Made by a program: the position numbers and the translations under genes. This document shows positions 6,363 to 10,434 of a stretch of DNA of 10,434 nucleotides, in pieces. Position 1 is the stretch's first letter. Each line of letters begins with the position of its first letter. A model generated the notes under the pieces. That model was not told the DNA's origin. It was given only the letters and a program-made list of their open reading frames with translations, and searched no databases. The stretch lies in IMG/VR virus record IMGVR_UViG_3300007812_000019, positions 1 to 10,434 of that record; one strand, written 5' to 3'.

Positions 6363-7354
6363 AGTATGACCCGCGAATAGCCCAATTACGTTTCTTCGCG
6401 TCTTTGTCAGTTGCTTTATATCATCTGTGGACTCTTCAGATAGTCCCCCTTGCGTTTTTCCGTCCTGGTTGGCTAGGTGTTCCGTTGTTTTTCGAGTTAT
6501 CGATATTTCTCCTCATGAGCAGACTAGATGAAAACCCCTCGCTCTCCCGTTATTTCAAAAGAAGGGTGAGGAGGATATGGCCACTTTATTTCCTCGTCGT
6601 CGTCGTAGTATTCTTAGCCGACAGATATATGTTCAATCTGAGGGTGACATATTACGACTTGTTACTCCATTTTGTGTTCGTTTCCTTCGTTCTTACACCG
6701 TTTTCCTTTCATTACCTCTTCTGGTCTCTTCAGCTGGAAGAATGGATGTACTTAGCTATCCCCTTCATTCATGCAATGGATGATAAAGCAAAGTTTCAAA
6801 CAGCTGTTTTGTTGGTTTTTATATCGTTTTCCTATAGTCTCTTTATCGTCCTCCTCCCCTACAACGAGTTCCACTTACTTTACCTTATGCCACCCTTCTG
6901 GTTAGGGGCATATGGGTGGGGGATAATTGCTTACCTTTTGAAGAAGAAACAGAAAGATGAACAAACCAACAAAAAAGCCAAATATTTCATACTAATACTT
7001 TACGCTCAATATGTTTTTACTGCATTGGTATTTTCCTCTAATAATGAATTTGTATATGAGCTCTTCACAAGGTTCTTGATTTACAACCTGGCGTTACCCG
7101 CTTTCGCCCTCCTTATTCTGAACCCACCTAAAGTACTTAATCGTATAACGGTCTTCCTTGGAGAGGTAAGCTACGGGGTCTATCTGTGGACTTTACTATT
7201 TCAGGAACTTTTCGGAGTAGCTGGAATACTTTACGGCATCCTGACAGCTATCGCTACGGAGTTCCCATTAAGAAGAGGAGAAATAATAAGTAGGTTGAGT
7301 TACTCCTCAGTCCCGTCTGGGAAAAAAGTTTCACATTTTCGCAATAATGTATAG
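6359..7354 (+). CDS. Acyltransferase family 3 (OafA/YrhL-like) integral membrane O-acyltransferase
   Basis: LRFFASLSVALYH, GVPLFFELS, YFKRRVRRIWPLY, FWSLQLEEWMY, LGEVSYGVYLW. ATGA overlap with the methyltransferase indicates translational coupling. Confidence 0.92.
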   Translation: MKYDPRIAQLRFFASLSVALYHLWTLQIVPLAFFRPGWLGVPLFFELSIFLLMSRLDENPSLSRYFKRRVRRIWPLYFLVVVVVFLADRYMFNLRVTYYDLLLHFVFVSFVLTPFSFHYLFWSLQLEEWMYLAIPFIHAMDDKAKFQTAVLLVFISFSYSLFIVLLPYNEFHLLYLMPPFWLGAYGWGIIAYLLKKKQKDEQTNKKAKYFILILYAQYVFTALVFSSNNEFVYELFTRFLIYNLALPAFALLILNPPKVLNRITVFLGEVSYGVYLWTLLFQELFGVAGILYGILTAIATEFPLRRGEIISRLSYSSVPSGKKVSHFRNNV

Positions 7355-8251
7355 GTAGTCTTCTCTGAGTTGCTTATATTTCACGTAAGCTTCGTCTGGT
7401 AGTAACCTTGGTGTATACACTACATGTGAATACTTCTTTTTTAGCTCGTTCTTAAGTATAAGCCCGACGTTAACACTGTTATAATCTCTAAGCGGGTATT
7501 TAGTTTTTAGTAATTTCCCAGCAATATTCACAACGTTCTTGTACACGTGTGCCTCAGATGTAGTCATCGTCCGTGGTACTACTGTTATAGCATACGACGA
7601 TGGCATAGCTTTCATCAATACACCAGACAGTCTCGTTTCCGACGGTATAGTCAAAAGCACGTTACTGAACTTTATCGCCCATGTCTGTGCGTATTTATGT
7701 ATCTTTTCTAGTCTCAGTCTATCCATTTTACCTACCTGCTTCCCGAAACCTATTCCAGCGTCGTCTATAATTATCATCGGGATCTTATTTATTCCGTAAT
7801 TTTTCATTGCCTCAATTAGGTCGTCGAGTTGCAGAGGGTCGATAATTATGTGGGCGATGGCGACGTCCCAGTCGCCGTACAGTGCATAGGCGAGCCACAA
7901 CGCTAATGAGGATTTCCCTCCCCTAGCCTCCCCACTGATGATCGTAGTTTGACCAGTATCTATTGGTACAGGTCTAATTTTCATGAACTTGTGTTCCTTT
8001 CTGTCTATCGCTATTTGGTATATTGTATGCATCATGAGAACCGTTAAATCGGCAATACCTTCCATGTAATATTTTCTGGACAAGTCAATATACTGCTTCT
8101 CCATGTAGGGAAAATCAATGAACTTTACATTGCCCTCATACACCTGTGTGTAGTATTTATCGAACATGGGCAATAACGTATTGTAATCTACTTTCAACAG
8201 TGCCTTCTCTGGGTCTGTGTCGTTCAATTTTATATAATCATTTATTCGCAT
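7331..8251 (-). CDS. P-loop ATPase (ASCE group; possible genome packaging or extrusion ATPase)
   Basis: Walker A GEARGGKS and Walker B IIIDD. The ATG at 8251 follows an SD-like GGGTGG and overlaps the end of the upstream gene (track start 8269). Confidence 0.8.
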   Translation of the reverse strand: MRINDYIKLNDTDPEKALLKVDYNTLLPMFDKYYTQVYEGNVKFIDFPYMEKQYIDLSRKYYMEGIADLTVLMMHTIYQIAIDRKEHKFMKIRPVPIDTGQTTIISGEARGGKSSLALWLAYALYGDWDVAIAHIIIDPLQLDDLIEAMKNYGINKIPMIIIDDAGIGFGKQVGKMDRLRLEKIHKYAQTWAIKFSNVLLTIPSETRLSGVLMKAMPSSYAITVVPRTMTTSEAHVYKNVVNIAGKLLKTKYPLRDYNSVNVGLILKNELKKKYSHVVYTPRLLPDEAYVKYKQLREDYLYIIAKM

Positions 8252-8756
8252 CAACTTCCACCCTTTCAAGAATTTCTTTTTTAAGAACCTGGTAATCTTC
8301 AGGCTTCCAGAACTTCAATATACTGTATTTGTCTCTTTGGTCTCTCTCAAACACAACTGGTTTGAGTAATTTGATCTTCACAGTGCTTACTTTTTGCCCC
8401 GAAGGATATACATATTTTATAATAAGGTTCTGGTCGTCAAATTGCAGATCATAGACCTTCCTGGGGAGAAATAGTAAACTAGTAACATTGTATCTATGAT
8501 CTTCTTTCGCTAATTTTACAACTATTTTCTCTGGAAATAATAAAACGTTGTATATACCCCTCTTTTTCACGTTTATTGTTACTGAAGTCTTGGATTTCCT
8601 TTTAGCTTCTGGGTCGTTACAATCTGCTTGTAATAGCTCATACACATCATCGCTTATTTCCCTGACCTTGTAACACTCCCAAGGGAACGAAAATATAGGT
8701 AGGTCGTGGTTGCGTGTCTTTATTCTCCTTATTTTTTTCCTGTACCCTCTCCTCAT
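8238..8756 (-). CDS. Hypothetical basic protein (172 aa), coupled to the ATPase
   Basis: Arg/Lys-rich N-terminus, TATA at ~8779-8786, stop overlaps the ATPase start. Confidence 0.75.
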   Translation of the reverse strand: MRRGYRKKIRRIKTRNHDLPIFSFPWECYKVREISDDVYELLQADCNDPEAKRKSKTSVTINVKKRGIYNVLLFPEKIVVKLAKEDHRYNVTSLLFLPRKVYDLQFDDQNLIIKYVYPSGQKVSTVKIKLLKPVVFERDQRDKYSILKFWKPEDYQVLKKEILERVEVDANK

Positions 8757-8829
8757 GTCTATAACTTAACATATTTGCTTTAAAAATAATGGATGAGTAA
8801 GGGGTCAGGGCTTGTCGTTCGCTTCGTTA

Positions 8830-8843
8830 AAAACACCTGTTTT
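8830..8843. promoter_or_regulatory. AAAACACCTGTTTT, ~10 nt after the stop of the 8853-9191 gene
   Basis: Motif copy in the same post-stop position as 1863-1874. Confidence 0.55.
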
Positions 8844-8852
8844 GGTCTATAT

Positions 8853-9191
8853 TTAGTAGTTATTCAATATGTTGTCATCTTTATTTGATAACTCAAAAGC
8901 CTCTCTAACTTTTAATTTTTCTAAAGCCTCTCTGAATGGATTTGGATACTCGTCACCTTTTTCTCTTTTCCATTCCCTTTCCGCGTTTTCAAGTGCGGAT
9001 TCGATATCCGATCCTACTCCCCACACTGCTTCATATGATTTGTTATAAAACGTCGCAATGTAGAAATCTCCGAAATATATGTCGTTATTGTCGTCATTAT
9101 TCTCTATTTTGTACACAAAGACACCACCACCGTCCACACGCTCAAAGAATACTTCTTTTACGGTTACTTTCCCAACTATTTTATCCAGCAT
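8853..9191 (-). CDS. Small acidic protein (112 aa), paralogue of 4050-4445; HicB-N-like motif
   Basis: GVGSDIESALENAEREW, NPFREAL, DDNILNNY. The track start (9236) lies upstream of the TATA, so the ATG at 9191 is preferred. Confidence 0.8.
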   Translation of the reverse strand: MLDKIVGKVTVKEVFFERVDGGGVFVYKIENNDDNNDIYFGDFYIATFYNKSYEAVWGVGSDIESALENAEREWKREKGDEYPNPFREALEKLKVREAFELSNKDDNILNNY

Positions 9192-9224
9192 TCTAATCCC
9201 CAAGTATACGTGTTTGCCAAGCAA

Positions 9225-9262
9225 ATATTTAAACACATATGTTTGATGGATTTGCTAAGTAT
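9225..9262 (-). repeat. Duplicated promoter block, copy 2
   Basis: 35/38 identical to 4478-4515. Confidence 0.85.
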
Positions 9263-9410
9263 GATAACCCATTTACAAACGGCTTAGCAACTTGTTGGGG
9301 ATATTAATGCTGTTTGTAGCATTAAAGATATGAATAAGGCTTTACGGTTGAAAAATCAAGAACCGATGCAAAGTTAAATATACTATTCTACTATATTAGT
9401 TTTGGTAACT

Positions 9411-10031
9411 ATGTTAGCTAACCTTTCTCTCCTTTTAGAAGAATATTTCCCTGTCCGCTTAGAGGAGATGTGGGATTATTTAGCCAAACAGTATGAGTAT
9501 GAGGGTATGCTAATGTTAATCCTAAATGAAGATAAAGACAGGTCAAAAATACTCTCAAAAGAAGCTGAAAAAATAAAGAAAGATTTTGGATTTATGTTTG
9601 GCAGTAACGTAACCATAGAAGAATACGTTAATATGGTAATGAACGGGTTACAAAAACTTATTGACGGGTTGAAGAAAAATGAAGATGAGTTCTACAAAGA
9701 GGTATTAAATTCTGATAACCCTAATTTCCTAATAACCACTTATTATTCGTTGTATTTACGCTTCGTAACAAAAGTATACTTAAAACTACACAAGGTTGAC
9801 GCGAAAACAAAAGATTCTAGGATTAAAGATATATTCAACATCGCTAATTTCTTAGTAGGATTTTTCGGGATGCCTATACTACTATATATAAAGAAAAAAG
9901 AAGTATTCCCTTATATATCTGAGCTAAGCGGAGCATTATTACACGCACTAGTTGCCGATAGGACGCCTATACCCTCAAATGACTCCTTAGGATATTACCT
10001 ATTTTTCAGGATCCACGCTGATAACTCATAA
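9411..10031 (+). CDS. Hypothetical alpha-helical protein (~206 aa)
   Basis: Long ORF with TATA TTAAATATA at ~9374-9382. Start is ATG 9411 or TTG 9402. Confidence 0.78.
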   Translation: MLANLSLLLEEYFPVRLEEMWDYLAKQYEYEGMLMLILNEDKDRSKILSKEAEKIKKDFGFMFGSNVTIEEYVNMVMNGLQKLIDGLKKNEDEFYKEVLNSDNPNFLITTYYSLYLRFVTKVYLKLHKVDAKTKDSRIKDIFNIANFLVGFFGMPILLYIKKKEVFPYISELSGALLHALVADRTPIPSNDSLGYYLFFRIHADNS

Positions 10032-10065
10032 CTGTTAGCAGAAGGTGCTGAAGAGCCTTAGAGCT

Positions 10066-10079
10066 AAAACATATGTTTT
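10066..10079. promoter_or_regulatory. Palindrome AAAACATATGTTTT overlapping the BRE/TATA of the last gene
   Basis: Perfect 14-bp palindrome abutting TTTTTAATA. Confidence 0.68.
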
Positions 10080-10105
10080 TAATACACGAACTAAATAATC
10101 TTCTT

Positions 10106-10434
10106 ATGGGACTAATAGGTTCACTGGCAACTGTGTTTTACAGAATCAACGAAGGTATAATATACTCAACTTTTCTCGTCGATCTACTGGTAACCCTGAT
10201 TGACTTCAATGAGTATTCAACAAATCCCGCACTTGCAAATTACATATCGTTATTGTTGTCGTTCAACCTAGTACTGTACCTGGAACATATTCTAGGGAGT
10301 ATATTTCAGAATGCTGGCATAATAGCAGGAGGAGTAATAGCAGGGCTTGCTACTATTTCTGCATTATTCACTAGGAATTACCTCCTGAACTTGTCACAAC
10401 AAGAGATGAGTACTATGCAAGTAATCTTCATTTA
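10106..10434 (+). CDS. Membrane protein, 3'-truncated by the window edge (MGLIGSLATVFYRINEGIIYSTFLVDLLV...); missing from the ORF track
   Basis: ATG at 10106, ~25 nt after the TATA. Frame is open to the window end and has several hydrophobic segments. Confidence 0.75.
   Translation, partial: MGLIGSLATVFYRINEGIIYSTFLVDLLVTLIDFNEYSTNPALANYISLLLSFNLVLYLEHILGSIFQNAGIIAGGVIAGLATISALFTRNYLLNLSQQEMSTMQVIFI

Noticed and set aside
3528-9196. Short track ORFs 3528-3710, 3855-4049, 4832-5047, 5207-5452, 5570-5839, 6577-6783, 7539-7799 and 8936-9196
   Set aside because: They overlap better-supported genes and show no recognisable motifs.
9252-9290. 8-bp inverted repeat TTGCTAAG / CTTAGCAA
   Set aside because: Single short instance, and the second arm is absent from the paralogous promoter.

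Overview
AT-rich segment of a large spindle-shaped archaeal virus of Sulfolobales (Bicaudaviridae, SMV/ATV-like). The assignment rests on recognising a hydrophobic alpha-hairpin major capsid protein (1886-2356), plus archaeal TATA/BRE promoters and short-leader genes. The window also holds membrane proteins, a FkbM-type methyltransferase and acyltransferase-3 pair, a P-loop ATPase, a tandem RHH regulator, an orphan Panacea/SocA (DUF4065)-like antitoxin, two paralogous small acidic proteins with a HicB-like motif and duplicated promoters, and a 56-bp IS200/IS605-end remnant. The main signal is a cas-less mini-CRISPR (two 24-bp repeats, one 33-bp spacer; 2582-2662), joined directly to a ~70% GC two-hairpin element under its own TATA box and converging on the orphan antitoxin. 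The second signal is a palindrome, AAACA-NN-TGTTT, found 9 times perfectly and twice with one mismatch, almost always at promoters or gene ends. All calls were made by eye; no database searches were run.
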